From positions 747,734 to 766,382 of the forward strand of contig CP070755.1 of NCBI GenBank assembly GCA_020348885.1: 18,649 bases of DNA, read 5' to 3'. This document shows positions 7,954 through 16,280 of the stretch, one piece after another. Each line of letters begins with the position of its first letter. Positions within the stretch are counted from its first letter, which is position 1. A program made the translations under genes and the position numbers. The DNA is from Candidatus Coatesbacteria bacterium. GTDB taxonomy: Bacteria; RBG-13-66-14; B26-G2; WVWN01; G020348885. The notes under the pieces were generated by a model, which was not told the DNA's origin, ran no database searches, and worked only from the letters and a program-made list of their open reading frames with translations.

Positions 7954-7962
7954 ATTATAGCA
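7954..7962 (-). promoter_or_regulatory. Candidate extended -10 promoter (TGCTATAAT) for tatA
   Basis: The - strand reads ...GATATATGCTATAATACGTCCGGTGGTGATTTGCGATG. A perfect TATAAT with the TGn extension lies about 20 nt upstream of the tatA ATG. No good -35 is present, which is consistent with extended -10 promoters. Confidence 0.4.
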
Positions 7963-7982
7963 TATATCGGCGAAATCGGCGA

Positions 7983-8960
7983 TTAAAAACCCACCGACGC
8001 GGAAACGCGATGCGTACTACCGATACCGGGGTCACCCATGTACGCATAATCGACACCGAAAGCCATCCCGGCCGCCGCGATGCGTAGACCCGCGCCGCCG
8101 GAGATATCGGTACGTTCTTCCTGCCGCTTCTCGACGCCGAAGCGGAGGGCCACGACCCGCCTATACCACCACTCGGCGCCGCCGTGGATGTCCAGGCTCA
8201 AATTACCGGCGTTAAAGCCGGCGCCGACGTCGTACCCCGCGTTTTTCATATCGCCGTCAAAGGCCAACGTTAATTCGCTGTCGGCCGCCGTTATCGCTTG
8301 CGAGTACGAAGTCCCGAATTTCAGGTTGAACGGAATAGTCTCGGTCGTACCGGTGGACCACTCGATTCGGCCGACGATGTTCTGGGCGTGAACGCCGAAC
8401 TTGAACGGACCATACGGTCCCGCGAGAACGCCCAGGGCGACTACCTGCCCGGACGACGTACCCACGTCCGCCGTCCCCTGCCGTATATACACGAAGTTGC
8501 CGCCCAGGCTAATTTTCTTCCAAACCGGGCGCCCGTACGATACAAAATAGCCGTTATCGCTCCAGTTGACCTCGCGCCTGACGATCGGGCGCCTGTCTTC
8601 CGCGTCCGGATCGTCCCATTCGGTTATCACGATGTCCTGTACGCCCAGCCGCAACAAACCGCCACCGAACGTCCCGTATTTCCCGGCCCGATAGCAGCCG
8701 AAGATAGTATCGTAGTTCGCTAGACCGCCGAACGCGTAAGCGTGCATGAAACTCACTTCGTTCTGTTCGAGGGTCGCGAGTCCCGCCGGGTTCCAATAGG
8801 CGGCGGTCGAATCGTCCGCGACGGCGGAGAACGCACCGCCCATTCCCAGGGCACGGGCGCCAACGCCGTAGTTGAGGAACTCGCCGGCGTACTTATCGGC
8901 CGCCGACGCCGATATGGCCAACATCGCGGCGTATACTAAAATAACCGGTCTTTTTAACAT
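7983..8960 (-). CDS. PorV/PorQ-family outer-membrane beta-barrel protein (T9SS-associated shuttle/anchor family)
   Basis: The signal peptide (…AISASA|ADK) is followed by 'GVGARALGMGGAFSAVADDSTAAYWNPAGLA', the hallmark N-terminal motif of the PorV/PorQ family. The protein is Gly/aromatic-rich with alternating beta-strand-like segments and ends in Phe, typical of OM barrels. At 325 aa it is closer to PorQ size than PorV size. An AAGGGGA RBS precedes it, with a 28-nt gap after the C25-peptidase gene. Confidence 0.55.
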   Translation of the reverse strand: MLKRPVILVYAAMLAISASAADKYAGEFLNYGVGARALGMGGAFSAVADDSTAAYWNPAGLATLEQNEVSFMHAYAFGGLANYDTIFGCYRAGKYGTFGGGLLRLGVQDIVITEWDDPDAEDRRPIVRREVNWSDNGYFVSYGRPVWKKISLGGNFVYIRQGTADVGTSSGQVVALGVLAGPYGPFKFGVHAQNIVGRIEWSTGTTETIPFNLKFGTSYSQAITAADSELTLAFDGDMKNAGYDVGAGFNAGNLSLDIHGGAEWWYRRVVALRFGVEKRQEERTDISGGAGLRIAAAGMAFGVDYAYMGDPGIGSTHRVSASVGF

Positions 8961-8988
8961 CGCCGTCCCCTTCGTGGGGTTGATTAAG

Positions 8989-9279
8989 CTATTTCATTTT
9001 GATTAACTTCTGCTTAATCTCGCACTTGTCCGTCCCCGACCGGGCGACTACTTTATAGAAATAGACGCCGTTGGCTATCTCATCGCCGTCGCGGTCGCGG
9101 CCGTCCCAGTACAATTCGTTGTAACCCGGTGCCAGGCCGCGGGTTTCCAACTTCCTGATAAGCTTGCCGGTGACGGTGTAAATTTTTACGACGGCGCTAT
9201 CCAAATGCGAACTGTTGACGAAGGTGAAGTAAGTCCCGGCGCCGGCGAACGGGTTCGGGCAATTGTAAACGTTCGAAAG
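8989..9279 (-). other. T9SS (Por secretion) type-A C-terminal sorting domain of the C25 peptidase
   Basis: The C-terminal ~96 aa read 'LSNVYNCPNPFAGAGTYFTFVNSSHLDSAVVKIYTVTGKLIRKLETRGLAPGYNELYWDGRDRDGDEIANGVYFYKVVARSGTDKCEIKQKLIKMK'. This matches the canonical (Y)PNPF … V.IYd..G..V..l…..G.h…WDG.…G…..GVYFY… pattern and the basic tail of TIGR04183-type C-terminal domains. Confidence 0.75.
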
Positions 9280-12200
9280 CGCTAGGGCGCCGGCGACCCG
9301 CACTTCCACCGAACCTATCGTTTCGTTTTTCAAGTTATCGTAAGCCCTTACGTAAATCGTGTGGTCTCCTTCGGTCAGCGCGATTTTCTTCCTGATCTCG
9401 CCGGACCTATAATCGCCAACGGCAGGTTTGAAGTACTTAGTGATGTCCGTACCGTCGTTCGAAGAATTTAACGTCGAATCCACCGAATAAGCAATCGGCC
9501 TGAAGTCCACGTCCACATCTTCCGTATAGGACGAAACCATGACACCCGACGGGTCGCTGATAGATATAATCATCTCCGGATTCCCCGTTACTGGGTCCCC
9601 GGACCTGAAGCCGTAGTCGTCGAAATATATATCGACAGAGGGGCCGGTCGTATCTTCGGAGTCGGCTTCGCCGTGAACGCTTATTTCGTAGTCTTCGGGC
9701 AGTACATAATCCGCGTAGTTACCGGGGTCGTACGCGTAAACGCGTATCAACGCGTCGTCTATATCGCTAACTCCGCCGTCGGGATCGTATCCCCAGCCCG
9801 CTGTTACGGGGACCGGAATCTCAACGTCGAACCGACCGGCGTTAATTTCGCCGACGGCCCGCGACAACAGCCTTTCACGATGAACGTCGCCGACTTGGGA
9901 ATCTTCGCCGGTAAAGTAATACGGCCTGTCGTATAAAGAAACCTCCACGATACCGTTCGCCACACCGGGCACCGAACCGGTAACGTCCAGTACCCCACCG
10001 CGTTGAACGGGGTTAGGGATGGCCGAAACGTCGGTAACATCGGGACGCGGTACGGCGATCCGCATCGACGGGTCGCCCATAAGCGTATAAATAACCCATA
10101 ACCGCGTGCTGTCCGAGTACATCTTACCGCCCCAGAAAGCTTCGCCCAGAGTTATGGGCTCGTCGGGTAACTCCTGGCCGGGGAACAAGTTCAAATAGAA
10201 ACCTTCAAGATAATCGGCCTGGGACCCTTCGGTCCCGAGTCGAGAAGACCCGGTCGTCGCGACGGCGCCGCGGCCGGCGGGGTGCATCAAATACTCGTTT
10301 ATACATTCGTTGCTCGTAAGGTCCGACATCAACGGTATATCGTCGAAGTAGCTGTTAGTACAAGACATTTCCTTGACTATCGGGTAGCGGTTATAGTTAA
10401 CAAGGTCGTCGACGTCGTAATGGTTCCTTACCGCATGGACGAACAGGTCTTCGTGGGCCCATATCTGGGGACCGCCGTGGCCCGAGTACTGGACCAATAA
10501 ACGGTCGAAATTCGCGACCAGGTCCGGCGTCATCTCGGCTCGCACAAGGTCCATACGGTCGAACCTGGGGTCATAATCGAACCCGGGATGTCCCCTGTTC
10601 ATCCATTCTATATACATCTTATCGATGCCCAAACCAGGCGGAACGTACGGCGGGATTAAATATTCTTCGTAGTCTCTCGTAAAATGGCCACCGCCGCCCT
10701 CCACCTTGTCGTTATTATCTGCTACTAAAAGCGTCCTCGTTCTCCACGTTCCGAAATCCATTGACCGGTCGTACGCGACTATCTTATCGACCATATTCGA
10801 GACCTGTTCCTCGAAACGAGCCGGCAAACGAGCTATAAACGCGTCCGCTTGCAGGTCGTCGCCTTCGACGCAGACGAAGAAGTTGTCGCTGGCGCTGTCG
10901 CCGTTCGGGATAGTATATAGAAGCATAGTCGGAAGCAAGTTCCCGCCGAAATCCCGGTATTCCTTATCGTAATATCCGTAATTATCCTTATAATCGTAGC
11001 TGGCGTCGCCTACGAGTATTACGAATTCGGGTCTCGTCGAAAGGTCGTCGTAACGCGCTTTTACGAAGTTCCGTATCGCGACGGGGTCGAAGACACCAGC
11101 GGAAAACTCGTCGTACACGTCCGTAACCTTATACACGCCCGTTGACAGTCCCTGGTTCCGGCGCAAGTTAGCAAGGGGCTGAACGTTGTCGAAGAACTTC
11201 CTGTTGGTAATTATTAACAAGTCCTCGGCCTTGGCGACACGTAACGACGACGGCTCGTCCCTATAAAGGTCCGCCGGTTCAAGCTTGGCTCCAGCGTCGC
11301 ACGCGACGAACCACGTACGCCCGTCCAGGACTTCGTCTTCGAATCGGACTGTATATGTACCTGCATCTTCGATAGTTTCGAAACCTGTAATAATCCGGCC
11401 GCCGGTAACGTCGTAAACGTACAAATCGGACCCGGAAAACCCGTCTATCTCGAACAACATATCGCCGTGGTGGTCGGGCGGATTGGAAAACCTCAAGTAG
11501 TCGTTATACGCTTTGTAGTACCTTGGGTATTCCAGCTCGAAGTGGCTGAAATATATCGGATGGTTACCGCCGATACCCTGTAGTTCCTCGACTATCAAAT
11601 TATTCCCGCCGTCATTGAATATGCCCGGGTCGTCAACGACGACTTCCTCTTCGATTTGAGTATCGATAGGCCACGAATCCCTTTCCCATAGCAAGTGCTC
11701 TTCGTCCTTCTTATTAGCGTATATCCTCGTATAATGCGGGGCATTCGACCCGGGCGCACTACGTAATAAAAACTTAAAAAGCGTGGTTATGTTCGCCGCA
11801 ACGTCGTCCAATCCCCGGATGCTAAAGCTCTCTCTGTGGTCGCTACCGGGCGCGACTGAAAACCAGAACCATGTCTCCTCGCCTTCGTCTATTTTTGAGT
11901 TACTGCCCTCGTATAACCTTTCCTCTTCGAAATACGAACGCCAGGGGTAAGCGTCGACCGTTTCTATGTTTGGGTTCGACGGCGTCCCGTCTTTCTGGGT
12001 ATAGCGTAAACCGGGTTCGTCGCCCACTACGAGCCAATAAACGTTGTAGTTGGAGTATTTATGTCTTTCCAAGACGAACTGGTTACCCGTGTCTTCGAAG
12101 AAATGGGTGTTGTGGGCGAAGAATTCAACGTAATCACCGTCGTCGAAACTCCCGTCTCCTTCGCCGGCTACTATCATCGGGAGCTCCTCGATGCCCATAA

Positions 12201-13230
12201 CCGGGTCATCCAAATTCGTCGGCAACATTTCGCCGGTCCCCGCGTACAAGCGAAGGTTCCGCGGGTCTATAGAAGTATCGAAGCCGAAATCCGTAAGATA
12301 CTCGTACGAAAGACGATAAAAACCCGTGTTTTCTATAATTACCTTGTATGCGTGCGGCCACCGACCGGCCCAGATTTCGCCGTTGTTTTGCGTTTCACTG
12401 CCGGTCCGCGGCCATAGCGAAGCGACCGAATAGTTTAATACGGTCCGCGAGAGAGCTTTTTCGAACGAGTCGTCCGCGTCGAAACCTTCTTCTATAATGC
12501 CCGCTCGTCTCCGCCCGCCAGAGTGAATAACCTTGACGTGAATTTTACTGTAAACCCGCAAAGTACGTTCGGCCGTCTCGTAAGAGTACGCGTACGCGCC
12601 AACGCGGATCAAGCGTAAACCTCGGACTATCGAACTTCCTACTATCTCGGCGGCTTTTATAGGGTAAGTTCCTATTCCGTATGACGAATCGTCGTAAACG
12701 AAATCTTCGACTATAGCTTCGTATCCGCTTCTCTTAACGACCTTCTCGCCCGGCCGCGGGCAAAGGGCAATGTCTCTAACCATATAATAATCAATGTCCT
12801 CTACAGCAACCGTAACGTCCGAACCGACGGGAACGGCGATCCAAACATTCCTCCTAAGGAGTTCCGGCGCACCCGTTTCGCCGGCAGCCGAACAACCTGC
12901 CACGTGATACCGGGAGAACGACCGCCCAGCGACCTCCACCTCCGAGACGGTCGAATCGCCGAACTCGACCTCGAATACGGTCGACGAATCAGTAGCCGAT
13001 ATAAGGGTAACCTCTGTCGTTTCCGGCGGCGTTTCTCTCACGGCACCCGGCCCTACCTTTTCGACCGCGCCGAGGTCGCGAGAGGTCAACCCGTCGGTCA
13101 CATCGGCGGCGTTAGTCGCGGTATCGTCGGTAACCGCCGACTTATCCTTTCTCGTCAAGTCGGCATCCAAGGCAAAAGGCGAAACGGTCGCTACAATCGC
13201 CACCGAAAGCAATATCATCGCACGGAACAT
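8989..13230 (-). CDS. Secreted C25-family (gingipain-like) cysteine peptidase with a C-terminal type-A T9SS sorting domain
   Basis: It has a signal peptide (MFRAMILLSVAIVATVSPFALDA) and a GGAGG RBS. The central region 'LLIITNRKFFDNVQPLANLRRNQG…YKVTDVYDEF…VAIRNFVKARYD…EFVILVGDASYD…SDNFFVCVEGDDLQAD…ARLPARFEEQVSNMVDKIVAYD' follows the peptidase C25 catalytic-domain pattern. A His-Cys dyad candidate is '…QYSGHGGPQIW…' then '…VKEMSCTNSYFDD…'. The last ~96 aa form the T9SS sorting domain listed separately. Confidence 0.7.
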   Translation of the reverse strand: MFRAMILLSVAIVATVSPFALDADLTRKDKSAVTDDTATNAADVTDGLTSRDLGAVEKVGPGAVRETPPETTEVTLISATDSSTVFEVEFGDSTVSEVEVAGRSFSRYHVAGCSAAGETGAPELLRRNVWIAVPVGSDVTVAVEDIDYYMVRDIALCPRPGEKVVKRSGYEAIVEDFVYDDSSYGIGTYPIKAAEIVGSSIVRGLRLIRVGAYAYSYETAERTLRVYSKIHVKVIHSGGRRRAGIIEEGFDADDSFEKALSRTVLNYSVASLWPRTGSETQNNGEIWAGRWPHAYKVIIENTGFYRLSYEYLTDFGFDTSIDPRNLRLYAGTGEMLPTNLDDPVMGIEELPMIVAGEGDGSFDDGDYVEFFAHNTHFFEDTGNQFVLERHKYSNYNVYWLVVGDEPGLRYTQKDGTPSNPNIETVDAYPWRSYFEEERLYEGSNSKIDEGEETWFWFSVAPGSDHRESFSIRGLDDVAANITTLFKFLLRSAPGSNAPHYTRIYANKKDEEHLLWERDSWPIDTQIEEEVVVDDPGIFNDGGNNLIVEELQGIGGNHPIYFSHFELEYPRYYKAYNDYLRFSNPPDHHGDMLFEIDGFSGSDLYVYDVTGGRIITGFETIEDAGTYTVRFEDEVLDGRTWFVACDAGAKLEPADLYRDEPSSLRVAKAEDLLIITNRKFFDNVQPLANLRRNQGLSTGVYKVTDVYDEFSAGVFDPVAIRNFVKARYDDLSTRPEFVILVGDASYDYKDNYGYYDKEYRDFGGNLLPTMLLYTIPNGDSASDNFFVCVEGDDLQADAFIARLPARFEEQVSNMVDKIVAYDRSMDFGTWRTRTLLVADNNDKVEGGGGHFTRDYEEYLIPPYVPPGLGIDKMYIEWMNRGHPGFDYDPRFDRMDLVRAEMTPDLVANFDRLLVQYSGHGGPQIWAHEDLFVHAVRNHYDVDDLVNYNRYPIVKEMSCTNSYFDDIPLMSDLTSNECINEYLMHPAGRGAVATTGSSRLGTEGSQADYLEGFYLNLFPGQELPDEPITLGEAFWGGKMYSDSTRLWVIYTLMGDPSMRIAVPRPDVTDVSAIPNPVQRGGVLDVTGSVPGVANGIVEVSLYDRPYYFTGEDSQVGDVHRERLLSRAVGEINAGRFDVEIPVPVTAGWGYDPDGGVSDIDDALIRVYAYDPGNYADYVLPEDYEISVHGEADSEDTTGPSVDIYFDDYGFRSGDPVTGNPEMIISISDPSGVMVSSYTEDVDVDFRPIAYSVDSTLNSSNDGTDITKYFKPAVGDYRSGEIRKKIALTEGDHTIYVRAYDNLKNETIGSVEVRVAGALALSNVYNCPNPFAGAGTYFTFVNSSHLDSAVVKIYTVTGKLIRKLETRGLAPGYNELYWDGRDRDGDEIANGVYFYKVVARSGTDKCEIKQKLIKMK

Positions 13231-13355
13231 CAGTATCTTCCCTCCGCTGAACTATCTCCCGCAGGACGCGGTATCGTGAAAGTAAAAATCGGACGAAATT
13301 ACCATACTTCGGGTAAGGGCGCAATACATACTTGACCGCCGTACTTACCGATTAT

Positions 13356-13372
13356 CGTTGACACAGTCAACG
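13356..13372. promoter_or_regulatory. Perfect 7-3-7 palindrome CGTTGAC-ACA-GTCAACG in the 325-bp region upstream of the C25 peptidase gene
   Basis: It was read directly and is ~125-140 bp upstream of the peptidase ATG. It also contains TTGACA/TTGACT -35-like hexamers on both strands. It is a candidate dimeric-regulator operator. Confidence 0.35.
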
Positions 13373-13555
13373 AACTCGTAATGCCGATTATTTAATTCCG
13401 GTTGAATGAACAGGGTATCGAAACGTTGGGTTCTGTTAGTGCTCCTGTTCGTCGGTAGGTCTCGGCCGAACGATTTCCGGGCCGGGTTGTGTAGACAGCC
13501 GCCAAAACAAAAAGGCCGGTAATACGTACTTACAGTAATCCCGTAACTGATAACG

Positions 13556-14929
13556 TTACACTCCGGGCGTTTTTTTTACCAAACCGTCCAGTAACACGCC
13601 TAGCTGCGACGTTAATCGACGCCGGTAAAACCGGGATATTAACGCCGGCTCCGGCGCCACGGCAGCTTCACCTTTACGCCAATTCTCGAACGCTCTTACG
13701 AATCGACGGGCGACTCCACTAACGTCATCTGGTCCCGTGACCGATTCCTCGCCGTAAACGGCACGCACGAACCGGGCTGCTTCGCCCTCCGGTACCGCGG
13801 CCAGAACCGGCCTGCCCGCGCCCATATATTCGTATAACTTACCCGGGACCCTCTCGGGTTCGAAGGCAGGCCCCATTATTAGTAAGAGGAGGTCGGCCGC
13901 CTTACAGAAACGCAGGCCTTCCCGGTGGGATAAGTAACCCGCAAAAACGACTTTGCCGCCTATACCGAGGTTTTTTGCTTCCATTACGTCGTCGTCGGTA
14001 TTTACGCCGATCAGATACAACCTCGCCGCTTCTTTAAAGGCGTCGCTCTTCTCGCCGGCGGCGGCAAACGCACGGAGGATATCGACTGCCGTCAAGCCCG
14101 TGCCGAAGTTCCCGAAATGCACGATTATGAACTCGTTCCTCGAACGTTCTACCGGGTCTTCGTCGAAATCCGGCGGATCGAAGCCGTTGGGGATATTTAC
14201 GGCGGGTTTAACCGGCCCTATTATTGAACGCATTCGTTTAAACGTAGGCTCGGTGTTGAATACGAGGCCGTCGGCGTAACCGAGTACCCACCTTTCGAGT
14301 TTCGCGTTTACCGTCCGGTGAAGCGACGGCAGCTGTTTACGCCAAAAAAGGTTCCCCCAGACGTCTCTGAAATCGGCGACCCAAGGTAACCCGGTCAGCC
14401 TTTTTATCACCGAACCTACGAAGTGAGCCGACTCCGGCGGCGACGTCGTGTAAACGGCCTTTATGTTGTCCCGGCGGCATACCCGCAAGGCTTTGTATAG
14501 AGCGAACGGCGCCCACGCGACCTGAACGTCCGGTACAAAGAAGTACTTACTCGCGGCTGCGAAACAACCGTATCCGGATTTCGTCCCGGATTTTCGCTTC
14601 TCCTCGCGCGCTTCGAGTTCCCCGAACGACCGAAGAACCTCGATTTCGTCGCGCTTCCGGTTAGACCGACCTATTCCCTTCGACGCCAAGTAACCCAGCC
14701 GGAAAGGATCAAAGGACCCGGTTCTTACGACTCGTACTTCCGGTATTTCGTCTAACGGCGTCGGGTCATAGGAGCGATAAGCTATGTCCTTGACCGTAAG
14801 TATCGTCGGATCCCAGCCGAATTCGGGAAGGTATTTTGCGAACTTGACGGTACGCTGAACACCGCCGCCGCCGATGGGCGGGAAGTAATACGCGTTTACC
14901 AAAAGCTTTTTTAGGTTGGCGTTACCCAC
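13556..14929 (-). CDS. GT-B fold glycosyltransferase (GT4-like); tandem paralog B
   Basis: The N-terminus 'LLVNAYYFPPIGGGGVQRTVKFAKYLPEFGWDPTILT' has the Gly-rich loop of GT4-type N-terminal domains. The C-terminal half has 'GKLYEYMGAGRPVLAAVPEGEAARFV', an EX7E-like nucleotide-sugar binding region. The GTG start overlaps the TAG stop of the upstream paralog (TAGTG). About 30-35% of residues are identical to paralog A by eye, clustered in the N-terminal and C-terminal motifs. Confidence 0.65.
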   Translation of the reverse strand: MGNANLKKLLVNAYYFPPIGGGGVQRTVKFAKYLPEFGWDPTILTVKDIAYRSYDPTPLDEIPEVRVVRTGSFDPFRLGYLASKGIGRSNRKRDEIEVLRSFGELEAREEKRKSGTKSGYGCFAAASKYFFVPDVQVAWAPFALYKALRVCRRDNIKAVYTTSPPESAHFVGSVIKRLTGLPWVADFRDVWGNLFWRKQLPSLHRTVNAKLERWVLGYADGLVFNTEPTFKRMRSIIGPVKPAVNIPNGFDPPDFDEDPVERSRNEFIIVHFGNFGTGLTAVDILRAFAAAGEKSDAFKEAARLYLIGVNTDDDVMEAKNLGIGGKVVFAGYLSHREGLRFCKAADLLLLIMGPAFEPERVPGKLYEYMGAGRPVLAAVPEGEAARFVRAVYGEESVTGPDDVSGVARRFVRAFENWRKGEAAVAPEPALISRFYRRRLTSQLGVLLDGLVKKTPGV

Positions 14930-16227
14930 TAATCACCGATTAACGAGTCCAATAATTCAGCGTAAGCCCGGGCGATTTCCCGGCGGTCGTATCGTTTTAA
15001 CACCGAATTCGGGGTTCCCGGTTCGTTAAGCTCTCCCTGTTTATACCGTCCGTAGAGTTCGGTTAAAACAGCCGCTACGCCGTCGGCGTCGTCCGGAGAG
15101 ACGACGTAACCACCGTCGGTCTCCACGATTAACCGAGCCGCTTCGCCGCCCGGCGGGACCATCGCTATAACAGGGCGCCCGGCCCGTAAGTACTCGAATA
15201 TCTTCCCGGTCAGCGTCGTTCCCATGGCCGGCCCGTCGCCGATAATCAAAAGAGACGCGTGAGCCGAAACTATCTCCGAGACAGCATCCCGGTGAGGAAC
15301 GCAAGTTCGCATAACGACCGGTAGCCCGGACGCTTTTACGGCGGCCAATACGTCGTCGGACGCCGCGCCGATGAACCTTATCTCTATATCGTCGGCGCCG
15401 AAAACCCCGGACGCGATAGCCAGGCGAACCCCGTCAAGGAACGTAAACGGGTCCCTCCCGGCGTAGAACGTACCGGCATAAACTACGGTGAATTTACCTC
15501 GACGTTCGGGAACAACGCCTTCGAAATCGTCTTCGTCATAACCGTTGGGAATCGTAATAACTGGCGCGTCCAACCTGAAACGGCGGCGATAGTCGTCAGC
15601 CATCGTATCGGTTACGGTTACGACCGCCGATGCGGCCGATAAAACGCGCTGTTCCGCGAGTCTCCACCCGACAGCGTGGAAGGCGGTGGGCGCGCCGCCG
15701 AACGGGTTGTAAGTCCAGGCGTCTCTGTAGTCGAGTACCAGAGGTAAGCGGGTGATTCGCGACAAACGCGCGCCCAGCATATGGCCGGTATATGGAGGGG
15801 CCGTATTTATGACAGCCGTCAAACGGTAAACATCGGGAATCCGAAAAAACGCCGAAAGTGCCGGCCGGAGAAAACGGAATTGCGGGTCCGGGAACGAAAA
15901 AAACCGTTTTAATCGCGTGCCGAACGATTCACCCGTATTCTTCCGTTCGCGGCTCCCGCGGTTTCCGCGTTCGTGGTTCTTGAAAGTCTTATATAAACTC
16001 GCTACCCCGGCGAACGGGTCGGCGACAGGAACGCGAAACACGCGGACGCACGGCGGTATCTGCTCTAGAAGCACCGGGTCGCTATCGGTTTTACGCGGGT
16101 TGTCGGCCGCCAACACGACGGGCGTATACCCGAACTCCGGCAGGTATTTCGCCAGTTTCAACGCTCTTATAACTCCGCCGCCGCCGGCCGGCGGAAAGAA
16201 GTAGGATATTAATAAGACTTCTCGCAT
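14929..16227 (-). CDS. GT-B fold glycosyltransferase (GT4-like); tandem paralog A
   Basis: The N-terminus 'VLLISYFFPPAGGGGVIRALKLAKYLPEFGYTPVVLA', mid-motif 'FPDPQFRFLRPA' (compare 'VPDVQVAWAPFA' in paralog B) and 'GKIFEYLRAGRPVIAMVPPGGEAARLIV' parallel the downstream gene. It has an ATG start but no obvious SD. The start lies 11 nt after a terminator-like hairpin. Confidence 0.65.
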   Translation of the reverse strand: MREVLLISYFFPPAGGGGVIRALKLAKYLPEFGYTPVVLAADNPRKTDSDPVLLEQIPPCVRVFRVPVADPFAGVASLYKTFKNHERGNRGSRERKNTGESFGTRLKRFFSFPDPQFRFLRPALSAFFRIPDVYRLTAVINTAPPYTGHMLGARLSRITRLPLVLDYRDAWTYNPFGGAPTAFHAVGWRLAEQRVLSAASAVVTVTDTMADDYRRRFRLDAPVITIPNGYDEDDFEGVVPERRGKFTVVYAGTFYAGRDPFTFLDGVRLAIASGVFGADDIEIRFIGAASDDVLAAVKASGLPVVMRTCVPHRDAVSEIVSAHASLLIIGDGPAMGTTLTGKIFEYLRAGRPVIAMVPPGGEAARLIVETDGGYVVSPDDADGVAAVLTELYGRYKQGELNEPGTPNSVLKRYDRREIARAYAELLDSLIGD

Positions 16228-16230
16228 ATC

Positions 16231-16259
16231 TGCAACAAAGGGGCCGCGTAACGGCCCCG
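16231..16259 (-). terminator. Terminator-like hairpin after the lipoprotein gene (GGGGCCG-TTACG-CGGCCCC followed by TTTGTTG)
   Basis: It is a perfect 7-bp G+C-rich stem with a 5-nt loop, 21 nt downstream of the lipoprotein stop on the - strand. A T-rich tract follows that runs directly into the ATG of glycosyltransferase paralog A. Confidence 0.45.
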
Positions 16260-16280
16260 ATATTCCCTTTGTTATACTCC

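Noticed and set aside
13142-13324. A 60-aa - strand ORF (TTG start) overlapping the start of the C25 peptidase gene.
   Set aside because: It overlaps the signal-peptide-encoding 5' end of a well-supported gene in another frame. It has a non-ATG start and no RBS, so it is likely spurious.
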